From an uncultured Porphyromonadaceae bacterium (GTDB lineage Bacteria > Bacteroidota > Bacteroidia > Bacteroidales > Muribaculaceae), in contig CAMWLR010000001.1 in the NCBI GenBank assembly GCA_947175215.1, positions 6,199 through 70,198 of the forward strand: a DNA stretch of 64,000 nucleotides, read 5' to 3'. Numbering within the stretch: the stretch's first letter is position 1; each line of letters opens with the position of its first letter. Under the pieces are notes generated by a model. The model ran no database searches, was not told the DNA's origin, and saw only the letters and a list, made by a program, of their open reading frames with translations. Both the position numbers and the translations under genes were made by a program. Below are positions 38,199 to 47,389 of this stretch, piece by piece.

Positions 38199-39677
38199 TT
38201 ATAGCCGTTTCTTTCCACGCAGGGCCATGAACACCTCGCTCTGTATTTTTGATTTCAACAGTCGGTTGACAGCGAGATACAGACCGAGACAGGTCACCCC
38301 CTGACAGAGAAGCAATGTCCAGCAGTCAGTGATCATGGTCGACTCAACCCACAGGATCGCCATTATGACCAGTGACTCACACAGATACGGCACACTGTCA
38401 TTGAGAAATGACAGGACACTGCGGCCACTCACAGGCGCTGTCTTTATCACCATTACCAGCCAGCTGATAGCCGAGGCGAGTATCTGACCGATCAGCAGCA
38501 GTTTGATGCCGTAGACCGGGTCTCCACCTCTCTCCATAGCCACAAACGGCAACGCCGCGAACAGAAACAGCAGAGCGGCTCCGTCACGCAGTACCTCCAT
38601 CGCCACGACGAGTCGTGTACGGGCCAAAGCTATGACATAGTTGTTATAGAGAGATGTCAGCACTGTGAATATCCCCCTGACAAGCAGGAGCTGAAAGAGC
38701 GGTATCGAGGCATCCCATTTGTCTCCAAACAGGCAGTGAAACACTGGTGTAGCCATAACAAACAGAAACCCCATCGCCGGGAAAAGAAGGTAGGATGTAA
38801 AGCGGTTCATCTTTGAGGTGACGCGAGCAAACCGTTGGGGATCATCCTGCACCTCTGACAGAGCCGGGAGAAATGAAGAGGTCAGCACCTGAGACAGCGA
38901 ACTGATACCCATCTTGCTCCACTTATCGGCCTGAGTGTAGTAACCTAACGGCATGAGGCCAGCGCGGTTACCGATAAAGAATGAGTAGATATTCTGAAAC
39001 AGTACGTTGAGAAACGAACTGGCCATCATGCCGCTGCCAACCGAGAAGAAAGAGCGTAACGAACTCCATGAGAACTGCATCAGCGGCAACCACCCCGAGG
39101 TCAGCCATAGCACCAGGCTCTTGGTGAAATTCAGCGCGAGTGTCTGCCAGACGATGGCCCACACCCCGTAACCGGCAACCGCCAGCCATATCCCCGTCAC
39201 GGCGCCGGCAATCAGACCGATGGCATTTGAGGCCGCTACCATCCTGACATCCATCCGCTTCATCAGGCGGTTGGTCTGCACTATCGCCGTGGCGTTGAGA
39301 ATGAAACTCAGGAACATGACCCGGCTCACCGGGATGAGGCGGGGATCTCCCTGAAAGCAGTCGGCGATAAGTGGCGCGCAGAAAAAGAGGATGACATAGA
39401 CCGCCGAGGCAACCGCGACGTTAAACCACAATATGGTCGAGTAATCGAGATGCGACGGCGATTTGCGCTGGATCAGCGCGTATGAAAATCCGCTGTCGAT
39501 AAACAGGCCGGCGAATGCCTGAAAGACCATCACCGCGCCAATGATACCGAAATCTTCCTGATCGAGCAGACGCGCGAGCACGATACCCGTAACAGCATAC
39601 AGTAACTGTTGCGAGACCTTGTCGATGACATTCCATTTCACCGCTCCGGCCGTCAGTGTCTTCAGTCCTTTTTCCAA
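38199..39677 (-). CDS. Wzx-type polysaccharide flippase (WzxC-like, MOP superfamily)
   Basis: IVLARLL...DFG.IG, IDSGFSYALIQRK, GYYTQADK, LFGDKWDASIP; about 12-14 TM segments. Confidence 0.88.
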   Translation of the reverse strand: MEKGLKTLTAGAVKWNVIDKVSQQLLYAVTGIVLARLLDQEDFGIIGAVMVFQAFAGLFIDSGFSYALIQRKSPSHLDYSTILWFNVAVASAVYVILFFCAPLIADCFQGDPRLIPVSRVMFLSFILNATAIVQTNRLMKRMDVRMVAASNAIGLIAGAVTGIWLAVAGYGVWAIVWQTLALNFTKSLVLWLTSGWLPLMQFSWSSLRSFFSVGSGMMASSFLNVLFQNIYSFFIGNRAGLMPLGYYTQADKWSKMGISSLSQVLTSSFLPALSEVQDDPQRFARVTSKMNRFTSYLLFPAMGFLFVMATPVFHCLFGDKWDASIPLFQLLLVRGIFTVLTSLYNNYVIALARTRLVVAMEVLRDGAALLFLFAALPFVAMERGGDPVYGIKLLLIGQILASAISWLVMVIKTAPVSGRSVLSFLNDSVPYLCESLVIMAILWVESTMITDCWTLLLCQGVTCLGLYLAVNRLLKSKIQSEVFMALRGKKRL

Positions 39678-39747
39678 ATGCTCAATCGGTTTACCTTTTA
39701 TTAAGTAGTTTTAACCTGATGCTCAACCGGTTTTGATGATTTAAGAA

Positions 39748-40497
39748 TTACTTGACGTCATCCTCACCGATTATCTTGCCGTCAGGGTCGATATGATAGA
39801 TCTTGACCCCGACACTGTAATTTCTGACTTTCTCGGGATTACCTTTATAGTATAGTTTCCCTTGAAACATCCCTTTGACAACGAGTGTGTCGGTCACCCA
39901 TACACCGGTTGATCCGGTGCCGAAAAAGCGGCAACTGACATTGGTCGCCTCAAGGCCGTCGGCCTGTATTGCCCCCACGCCGGTGTTGCTGAATGTCGCT
40001 TTGTCACAACGGCCCGTTATCACGAGCTGACCGTTGCCGGTCTTTATGGCTCCCTCGAGATTGCCGACATGCAGGTCTTTTATCACAATGCGGCCATTGC
40101 CTATCACCGCCGCCTTGAATTTAGGACATGGTGTAACCTTGGCGACAATTACGGTCGAGTCACCGTTATTCTGTACCTGAGTGAGGAATTTTGAATATAC
40201 TCTTACCACAGGCAGCCCCTGCATCAGAGCACCCTCATTATGAAACTGTTTCTGTATCAACAGGCGACCCTCTTTTGAGAAATCAAAGATAAGCTGGTCG
40301 GCCACGCTGCGTGTGGTCTCATACACGGCTATACCGGCCGAGTCTTCGCTACATCTGTACTCGACATTAATGCCGTCATCGACGACGAGCCTGTCAAAGT
40401 CTCCTACCTTAAGTTCATAGCGGTGGACATCCTCGCCGAAAATCGCTGCCAGTGACCCCAACAGTATTGCTAATAATAATGCTGATTGTTTCTTCAC
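39748..40497 (-). CDS. Secreted GIN-domain / DUF2807 beta-helix protein
   Basis: Signal peptide (GTG start); GDFDRLVVDDGINVEY; repeated G.G.I motifs; G.G.I.A..L pattern (GVGAIQADGL). Confidence 0.7.
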   Translation of the reverse strand: MKKQSALLLAILLGSLAAIFGEDVHRYELKVGDFDRLVVDDGINVEYRCSEDSAGIAVYETTRSVADQLIFDFSKEGRLLIQKQFHNEGALMQGLPVVRVYSKFLTQVQNNGDSTVIVAKVTPCPKFKAAVIGNGRIVIKDLHVGNLEGAIKTGNGQLVITGRCDKATFSNTGVGAIQADGLEATNVSCRFFGTGSTGVWVTDTLVVKGMFQGKLYYKGNPEKVRNYSVGVKIYHIDPDGKIIGEDDVK

Positions 40498-40517
40498 AAA
40501 CTAACTTGGTTTTGATA

Positions 40518-41519
40518 TTATTGATTAAGTGTCAACCCGGCGGCAAGTTGCTCCTCAACCGATTCGATAATGTCAAACAGTTCCTGACGGGTCTCGGCCC
40601 TGAGCATCTTGATGCGGGTCTCGCGGAAGAACGGTATCCCTTTGAAGAGCGAGCAAACCGCCAGATGACGGCGTATGTGCAATATCCCGCGGTACTGGTC
40701 TATGCGGCTTATACTCTCGTCAATCTGGCGGCGGAGTATACCGAATTTCTGACTCAGCGTCATCGGCTCGCGCACCTCTCCATAGAGCAACGTCTGCTTC
40801 ATGTCGCTGAATATCCACGGATTACCGATCGCCGCGCGACCCACCATCACGCCGTCTACACCATACCGATCAAAGGCTTCGACCAACCTCTGAGGTGTGG
40901 TGATGTCTCCGTTGCCGATGACAGGTATGGTCAGCCGCGGGTTCTCCTTGACACGTGCTATCATCTCCCAGTCGGCTTGGCCGTTATACATCTGAGAGCG
41001 TGTACGCCCGTGCACGGTCAGCGCCTGTATACCGCAATCCTGCAACTGCTCGGCCAACTCGACAATGATCTTTGACTCATGATCCCACCCCAGGCGGGTC
41101 TTGACCGTGACCGGGAGTTTGACAGCCTTGACAACCTCGCGGGTTATCTCGAGCATCTTGGGTATATCGCGCAACATCCCCGCACCCGCACCTTTACCGG
41201 CGACCTTCTTTACCGGACAGCCGAAGTTAATGTCGAGTATATCGGGCTTGGCCTCCTCGACCATCCGTGCGGCCTCGACCATCGGGGCAGTCTCGCGACC
41301 GTAGATCTGTATGGCCGTCGGGCGCTCACCCTCGTCGATTGAGAGTTTGCGGGTAGTGGCCGCGATATTGCGGATAAGGGCATCGGCCGACACAAACTCA
41401 GAGTAAGTCATATCGGCCCCTAACTCTTTGCAGATAAGACGAAACGACTGATCGGTGACATCCTCCATCGGAGCCAGCATCACAGGGCGCGAACCCAGGT
41501 CGATATTGCCAATCTTCAT
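40518..41519 (-). CDS. dusB: tRNA-dihydrouridine synthase B
   Basis: LAPMEDVTD, IQIYG, DINFGCPVKKV, PVTVKTRLGW, VHGRTR, GNGDI, MVGRAAIGNPW. Start reset to MKIGNIDL (41519). Confidence 0.94.
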   Translation of the reverse strand: MKIGNIDLGSRPVMLAPMEDVTDQSFRLICKELGADMTYSEFVSADALIRNIAATTRKLSIDEGERPTAIQIYGRETAPMVEAARMVEEAKPDILDINFGCPVKKVAGKGAGAGMLRDIPKMLEITREVVKAVKLPVTVKTRLGWDHESKIIVELAEQLQDCGIQALTVHGRTRSQMYNGQADWEMIARVKENPRLTIPVIGNGDITTPQRLVEAFDRYGVDGVMVGRAAIGNPWIFSDMKQTLLYGEVREPMTLSQKFGILRRQIDESISRIDQYRGILHIRRHLAVCSLFKGIPFFRETRIKMLRAETRQELFDIIESVEEQLAAGLTLNQ

Positions 41520-41625
41520 AGGTCTGTTATTTTGCAATCGTAAAGTTACGAAAAAACTCTCACAGTAATCGAGCCGACGGCGACTGTCGCGCCGTAACTG
41601 CCAACAATTACGTGATTTTAACAAA

Positions 41626-42852
41626 TCAACCGAGCGACAGCACCGAGCACAGATCGGGTTGCAACATCCCGGCCACAATGGCTATGTCATCGGCGGTAAT
41701 GGCTGTCACGGCCTGCACGATCTCGTTTCTCGTCCTGAGACAGCCTGTCATAAGCACAGCCCTGCCGGCCGAGAGTATCGCCTGCTCGAGATTCTCAGAC
41801 GCCACCAAAAGCTGTCCGAGATACTGCTTTTTGGCGGCAGCTAAACGAGACGGAGAGAGTGCGCGTGTGTGCAGGGCGGTCAACTCGCGCCATATCAGGT
41901 CGAGGCAGCGGTCACGGTCGGCAGGGTCACAACCATAGTAGATGTTAAAGAGACCACAGTCGCTAAACATTGTCGTCGATGCCTCGACCGTATAGACCAG
42001 CCCGCGTCGCTCGCGCAGCGCGATATTCAGGCGCGAGTTCATACCAGGTCCGCCGAGGATATTGGTCACCAATGCGATGGTATCGCGCATCTGATTACCG
42101 ATACCCGGCAACCGCGCGCCGATCACCGTATGACTCTGATGAGTCTCTGTCTCGCGTCGTATATCAAATCGTGGATTGACCACGGGTTGTATACGGTCAA
42201 GTGGATTGCCGGTGCGTTTGAGCGAGCTAAAGCAGCGAGAAACCACACGCATCACTCTCGCCGGTGACTCAGGCCCGAGATAATATGCTACCATCCGGTG
42301 CGCGGTGAAGTTATCAGACATATAACAGCGGCATACCTCTGAGGTGAAGTTATCGAGGTCGGCGTCTGTGCCGAGTATGTTATGTCCTAACTGACTTCCC
42401 TTAAAAAACAGATCCTCAAAGTCATCATACACCGCCTCTGAGGGGGTGTCGAGATAACTGTCGATCTCGTCACGTACTACCTCACGCTCACGGTCGAGCT
42501 CCTTTGCCGGGAATTGCGAATCCATCAGCAGATCAGCGATCAGTTCGACCGCCCGCGTCAGGTTACCTTTGGGGAACACCGAGTAGACGTTAGTCTCCTC
42601 CTTTGAGGTGAAAGCGTTGAGATCACCCCCGACCGACTCCATGCGGTTGATAATATGGGATGCACGTCTGTGAGACGTACCCTTGAATATCGTATGCTCG
42701 ACAAAGTGTGCCAATCCATACTCACCACTCCTCTCGTCACGACTACCCGAATTGACAGCCACTCCGAAATACTCAAGCAGCAACGGCACACGCTTGCATA
42801 CCAGTCGCATACCACATTGCAAATCAAATATCTCTGTTTCCTTATCTTTCAT
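41626..42852 (-). CDS. M16 (insulinase/pitrilysin) family zinc peptidase
   Basis: HFVEHTIFKGT (HxxEH), NAFTSKEET, EREVVRDEI, LGGPGMNSRL...RERRGLVY. Confidence 0.92.
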   Translation of the reverse strand: MKDKETEIFDLQCGMRLVCKRVPLLLEYFGVAVNSGSRDERSGEYGLAHFVEHTIFKGTSHRRASHIINRMESVGGDLNAFTSKEETNVYSVFPKGNLTRAVELIADLLMDSQFPAKELDREREVVRDEIDSYLDTPSEAVYDDFEDLFFKGSQLGHNILGTDADLDNFTSEVCRCYMSDNFTAHRMVAYYLGPESPARVMRVVSRCFSSLKRTGNPLDRIQPVVNPRFDIRRETETHQSHTVIGARLPGIGNQMRDTIALVTNILGGPGMNSRLNIALRERRGLVYTVEASTTMFSDCGLFNIYYGCDPADRDRCLDLIWRELTALHTRALSPSRLAAAKKQYLGQLLVASENLEQAILSAGRAVLMTGCLRTRNEIVQAVTAITADDIAIVAGMLQPDLCSVLSLG

Positions 42853-42884
42853 AATTGATGGTTTGGCTGTGATGAACGCAGCGG

Positions 42885-44558
42885 TCAGTCGATACGGCCA
42901 TCGGCTCTCATCAGGGCGATCAGACGGCCGACAGCTTCGGCCGACGGGATATTCTTCTCTACCAGCTCTTTACCGCGATAGAGACTGATATTGCCTACAC
43001 CGGCACCGACATAACCGTAATCTGCATCGGCCATCTCGCCCGGTCCGTTGACGATGCATCCCATCACGGCGATTTTCAAACCGGGATACATCGAGGTCGC
43101 CGCCTTGACTCGTGCGACTGTCTCCTGCAAGTCAAACATCGTGCGTCCGCACCCGGGACATGACACAAACTCAGTCTTAGTCATTCGGCGGCGTGACGCC
43201 TGCAATATACCGAGCCCGAGCCGGTCGAGGGCCTCGGGGTCGAGGGTAGCAGATTTAATTTCGATTCCGTCGACAAGGCCGTTGAGCAGCAATGCCCCGA
43301 AATCGGCCGACGCCCTTATAACGGTCTTGGCCGGGTCGGTCTCACCGTAATCTAACGACGCAATCACAGGGTTGTAGAGACCGAGAGTCCACAGACGGTG
43401 TATAACCGACGAGAGGTCAGCCACAGGGTTAAGGTGCGCGGCAGTGATCACCAACACCTTGCCTTTGAGGATATCTTTACCGTGGGTTGCGTCATCTTTT
43501 TTATCAAGAATCAGGCGCAACTCATCGGTGGTGAGGCGCAACAGATTTTCTTCCGCTACCTTGTCATAACCCAGTACCACCGGCACAGCGTCACCACCGA
43601 CAATACCGACCGACTCGGTCGGCCTCTTTGAGGGTATCACGGGGTTGTAACCGGGAGCATACTCTCCATTAACCGAGGGCGCGGCTGAGCGTGCAGCCAG
43701 ATATTCGGCCAACTCGCGTGCCACAGGTATCTCATCCTCAGGCGGTTCGCTCAACGACACTCTTATAGTGTCACCGATACCTTCGCCAAGGAGCGTGCCA
43801 ATGCCGACAGCCGATCTCACACGGCCATCCTCACCGTCACCGGCCTCTGTGACGCCTAAATGGAGGGGGAATTTCATCCCCTCAGCCTCCATCGCCTTGA
43901 CCAGACGGCGCACGGTCTCGACCATGACCACAGTGTTTGAGGCCTTGATAGAGATGACTATATCGGTGAAATCGCGGGCAACGGCCACGCGCAGAAACTC
44001 CATCGCGCTCTCAACCATCCCAGCGGGTGTGTCGCCATAACGGCTCATGATGCGATCTGAGAGAGAGCCGTGGTTGACGCCAATCCTCACCGCTGTATTG
44101 TTGGCTTTACACAGATCGAGGAACGGCCCGAAACGCTGCTCGATCTTCTCAAGCTCGCGGGCATACTCCTCATCGGTGTACTCAAGTTTCTTAAACGTGC
44201 GTCCCGGATCGACAAAGTTACCCGGATTGATTCTTACTTTCTCGACATGGAGCGCCGCCTCCTCGGCAGCCTTGGGGTTGAAATGTATGTCGGCCACCAA
44301 CGGGATGGTGCAGCCCGCCTGTCTGACACGTCGGCGGATCTCACCTAAATTGGCAGCCTCCCGGACACCCTGGGCGGTAAGGCGGTCGATGTCAGCACCG
44401 GCAGCAGCGATCTTGAGCACCTGATCGACCGACCCGTCGGTGTCCATGGTCGATGTATTGTTCATCGACTGCAACCGTATGGGGTTGTCACCGCCAATCA
44501 TCACATCACCCACGCAGGTGACTGTGGTCGGGCGGCGGTGATAATCAAACACGCTCAT
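42885..44558 (-). CDS. ispG: 4-hydroxy-3-methylbut-2-en-1-yl diphosphate synthase (long Bacteroidetes form)
   Basis: IRLQSM, PLVADIHF, KVRINPGN, RIGVNHGSLS, PLHLGVTEAG, SCPGCGR, AVMGCIVNGPGE. Confidence 0.96.
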   Translation of the reverse strand: MSVFDYHRRPTTVTCVGDVMIGGDNPIRLQSMNNTSTMDTDGSVDQVLKIAAAGADIDRLTAQGVREAANLGEIRRRVRQAGCTIPLVADIHFNPKAAEEAALHVEKVRINPGNFVDPGRTFKKLEYTDEEYARELEKIEQRFGPFLDLCKANNTAVRIGVNHGSLSDRIMSRYGDTPAGMVESAMEFLRVAVARDFTDIVISIKASNTVVMVETVRRLVKAMEAEGMKFPLHLGVTEAGDGEDGRVRSAVGIGTLLGEGIGDTIRVSLSEPPEDEIPVARELAEYLAARSAAPSVNGEYAPGYNPVIPSKRPTESVGIVGGDAVPVVLGYDKVAEENLLRLTTDELRLILDKKDDATHGKDILKGKVLVITAAHLNPVADLSSVIHRLWTLGLYNPVIASLDYGETDPAKTVIRASADFGALLLNGLVDGIEIKSATLDPEALDRLGLGILQASRRRMTKTEFVSCPGCGRTMFDLQETVARVKAATSMYPGLKIAVMGCIVNGPGEMADADYGYVGAGVGNISLYRGKELVEKNIPSAEAVGRLIALMRADGRID

Positions 44559-44560
44559 AA

Positions 44561-45067
44561 TCAATTGGTCTTGTAATCATACTTGATCTCGGCCAGCGAC
44601 TCGTTGGCCTTGACGATCTTCTGGTTGAGCTCTGATGTCCACGCCTGGTATCTTACGGCGAGGGCATCATCTGACAGAGAGAGAATCCTGACGGCAAGTA
44701 CTGCCGCATTCATCGCGCCGTCAATGCCGACAGTGGCCACGGGGATTGCCGGCGGCATCTGCACGATCGAGTATAGCGCGTCAGTTCCCTGCAAGGTCGC
44801 CGAGAGGGGTACACCGATCACCGGCACAGGGGTGATGGCGGCGATGACACCGGGGAGTGCGGCAGCCATACCTGCTCCGGCAATTATAACCTTGATACCG
44901 CGCGGAGCAGCCTCACGGGCAAACTCGGCCACCTCCTCGGGTGTACGGTGAGCCGACAGAGCCTTCATCTCAAAAGGCACCTGCATGAGGTTAAGAAAAT
45001 CGGCAGCTTTTTTCATTACAGGAAGGTCTGAGGTGCTTCCCATTATTATACTAACAATAGTTGTCAT
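44561..45067 (-). CDS. purE: N5-carboxyaminoimidazole ribonucleotide mutase
   Basis: IIMGSTSDL, LSAHRTP, IAGAGMAAALPG, PVIGVP, SIVQMP..IPVATV. Confidence 0.96.
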   Translation of the reverse strand: MTTIVSIIMGSTSDLPVMKKAADFLNLMQVPFEMKALSAHRTPEEVAEFAREAAPRGIKVIIAGAGMAAALPGVIAAITPVPVIGVPLSATLQGTDALYSIVQMPPAIPVATVGIDGAMNAAVLAVRILSLSDDALAVRYQAWTSELNQKIVKANESLAEIKYDYKTN

Positions 45068-45126
45068 ACTATATCTTGTTGTGCTTTATATTATTGTGGT
45101 AGATATTGTTACGCTCTATATTGCTA

Positions 45127-45759
45127 TCAGAAGTTGTCACTCAGCATGATGAACGGCGGGAAGAATACCCAGACAAATCCGTTGAGAAATCCGGCTGCCA
45201 CCTGACCGAGGGTGTGCCTGTCGAGAATCAAGCGCGATGAACACACCAGTCCTGACAGCACTACGGCGAGCAGAAACTCCCATGTCAGATCATAGACACA
45301 GTTGCCGCTCATCATCAGGTAAAAGATGAGTGCGCACAGTCCGCCCATCCCGGTGGCGTGTCCCGAAATCTTCCACCATCGGTTGATAACCGTCATCACG
45401 ATCAGCGCAACAGCACCTCCCAACAGAAACAGCGACAGCCATGTGGGTGCGTTGATAGTGTACAGATATACGGCAAGCCCGATGAAACAAGCACTCTCAA
45501 TTATATACGGCCATGTGCGGTCGCCGCGCTCGTTAAGTCGCGGATCTTTGATCACCGAGAGTCTGCTGAGGATAAATATAAATATCACCGGTATGATAAA
45601 GGTGGCCAGGAATGTCTCAAGGATAACCGTGAGCTTGGTCACCGTCGGGATAAAGCATAAAAATGAGAGAACCATCGCCAATGTGACTCCGTAGGTCGCC
45701 ATCAGCAACGGTGAGAAAATCGTGGAGATTACACTTGATGCGACTTTGATGAATTTCAT
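45127..45759 (-). CDS. PAP2-like integral membrane protein
   Basis: Six or so TM helices; WKISGH and SSRL...HTLGQV motifs resemble PAP2 phosphatase C2/C3. Confidence 0.6.
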   Translation of the reverse strand: MKFIKVASSVISTIFSPLLMATYGVTLAMVLSFLCFIPTVTKLTVILETFLATFIIPVIFIFILSRLSVIKDPRLNERGDRTWPYIIESACFIGLAVYLYTINAPTWLSLFLLGGAVALIVMTVINRWWKISGHATGMGGLCALIFYLMMSGNCVYDLTWEFLLAVVLSGLVCSSRLILDRHTLGQVAAGFLNGFVWVFFPPFIMLSDNF

Positions 45760-45864
45760 ATATCGTCGTTAATTGTAAGTTGATCTTAGGTCATTAATTG
45801 TAAGTATCTTATATCGTGAATTATTACAGGATCGGTTTATTTCTCAGTCGGTGGGCTAAGCCGG

Positions 45865-47352
45865 TCAGATCGTCTTGCGTAGCCTTGCCACCGGATAACC
45901 GAGTTTCTCGCGGTACTTGGCCACGGTACGCCGGGCTATGTCAAACCCCTCTGAGGTCAGTTGCGCGGTGATCTGCTCATCGCTCAGGGGACGGCTCTTA
46001 TCCTCACCCTCGATCGCTGACTTTATCGCGGCGATAATACGCGGAGTGGTATTGTCACCGTTATCGTCACTCTCCTCATCTGTCTGCTTGTTTCGGCGCT
46101 CGTTAAAAAACATCTTCAGCGGATAGATACCATGAGGTGTCATCACATATTTATACTGCGTGGCACGCGACACTACCGACAGATCAAGGCCGGTAACGGC
46201 TGCTATATCGCGTAACACCATCGGTTTTATCTGCGACTCATCCTCGGTCAGGAAGAAATCACGCTGAAATTTCAGTATCGCTGACATCACCGTGAAGAGG
46301 GTCTGCTGTCTCATGCCGACTATGCGGATAAAGTCTGAGGCCTCGTCACGTTTCTGTTTGCGGAACACGCGCGCGTCGGCCATCGCCTTCTCTGAGGATT
46401 CGGGTAGCGGTGCATCGGGCATGAAACTCTGCTCGACACTCAACTCAGGGATATGATTGAGCAACGTCAGCGTCAACACACCCTCGGGGTCTGCCTCGAC
46501 CATAAAATCGGGTATGACGGCATGGGCCGCGCTTGTGGCGGCAGACTCGAGTTGCCCGGCAGGCTTGGGGTTGAGGCGAGAGATAACGTTAATGGCCTCA
46601 CGCATCTGATCTTGATCTATACCCATCGCTGTCTCTATGCGCCTGAAATGCTTTTTGGCAAACAGGTCAAAGTAATCGCGCACTATCTCGAGGGCGGTGA
46701 GATTCTCGACAGTCCGCGGCAGCCGCTTGAGCTGCAACAGCAGGCAGTCACGCAGATCGACCGCTCCGATTCCTGCCGGATCGAGCTGTCTGATCTTATC
46801 CCAGACGTGGCGTACCTCGCTAACATCAAAATCCTTACCCTCGGTAAACGCTAGATCATCGGCAACCGCCGCGATGTCGCGGGTCATATAACCGTTATTA
46901 TCGAGATTGCCTATTATGTATCTTGCGATAAGCCGTTGGTCATCAGCGAGATCTTGGTCGGCCAGCTGCCGGTTGAGCGCATCAAGCATCGTGTCGCCAC
47001 CGTCAGCGACAACCGGTTCGTAATAATCGTCAACCAGCCCCTGTGACCCTCGGTAAAGTTTATTGCGCAAGTAATCGGGGATATCATCATCTGACCGATA
47101 GTCAGCCAACTGTATGTCTCGATCGGTCTCGGTGAAACGGTCGCCATCCTCGGTGACCAGAGTCGCCTGCTCGGCGGTGGTCTCATTCGAGTCAGCCTCA
47201 AGGGCGGGCATCTCCTCGACGGCATTGCGCACCTCCTCCTCAAATTCAGGAGCCGGCATCTCAAGCATCCTGACATAACGTACCTGCAGCGGTGTCAGCC
47301 GCTGCTGCTGTTTCTGTTGTTGTGTCAGTCGCAATCCTTTATCCATAGGCAT
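45865..47352 (-). CDS. rpoN: RNA polymerase sigma-54 factor
   Basis: Gln-rich N-terminus, LDPAGIGA.DLRDCLLLQL, SVVSRATQYKY, RpoN box ARRTVAKYRE. The start may be 47346. Confidence 0.96.
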   Translation of the reverse strand: MPMDKGLRLTQQQKQQQRLTPLQVRYVRMLEMPAPEFEEEVRNAVEEMPALEADSNETTAEQATLVTEDGDRFTETDRDIQLADYRSDDDIPDYLRNKLYRGSQGLVDDYYEPVVADGGDTMLDALNRQLADQDLADDQRLIARYIIGNLDNNGYMTRDIAAVADDLAFTEGKDFDVSEVRHVWDKIRQLDPAGIGAVDLRDCLLLQLKRLPRTVENLTALEIVRDYFDLFAKKHFRRIETAMGIDQDQMREAINVISRLNPKPAGQLESAATSAAHAVIPDFMVEADPEGVLTLTLLNHIPELSVEQSFMPDAPLPESSEKAMADARVFRKQKRDEASDFIRIVGMRQQTLFTVMSAILKFQRDFFLTEDESQIKPMVLRDIAAVTGLDLSVVSRATQYKYVMTPHGIYPLKMFFNERRNKQTDEESDDNGDNTTPRIIAAIKSAIEGEDKSRPLSDEQITAQLTSEGFDIARRTVAKYREKLGYPVARLRKTI

Positions 47353-47389
47353 GGCAGCCGGCCACAGGCCGGATCATCAATGCAGATGA

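Noticed and set aside
42885-44558. IspG much longer than the E. coli enzyme
   Set aside because: The extra internal domain is the known long-form IspG of Bacteroidetes, Chlamydiae and plastids.
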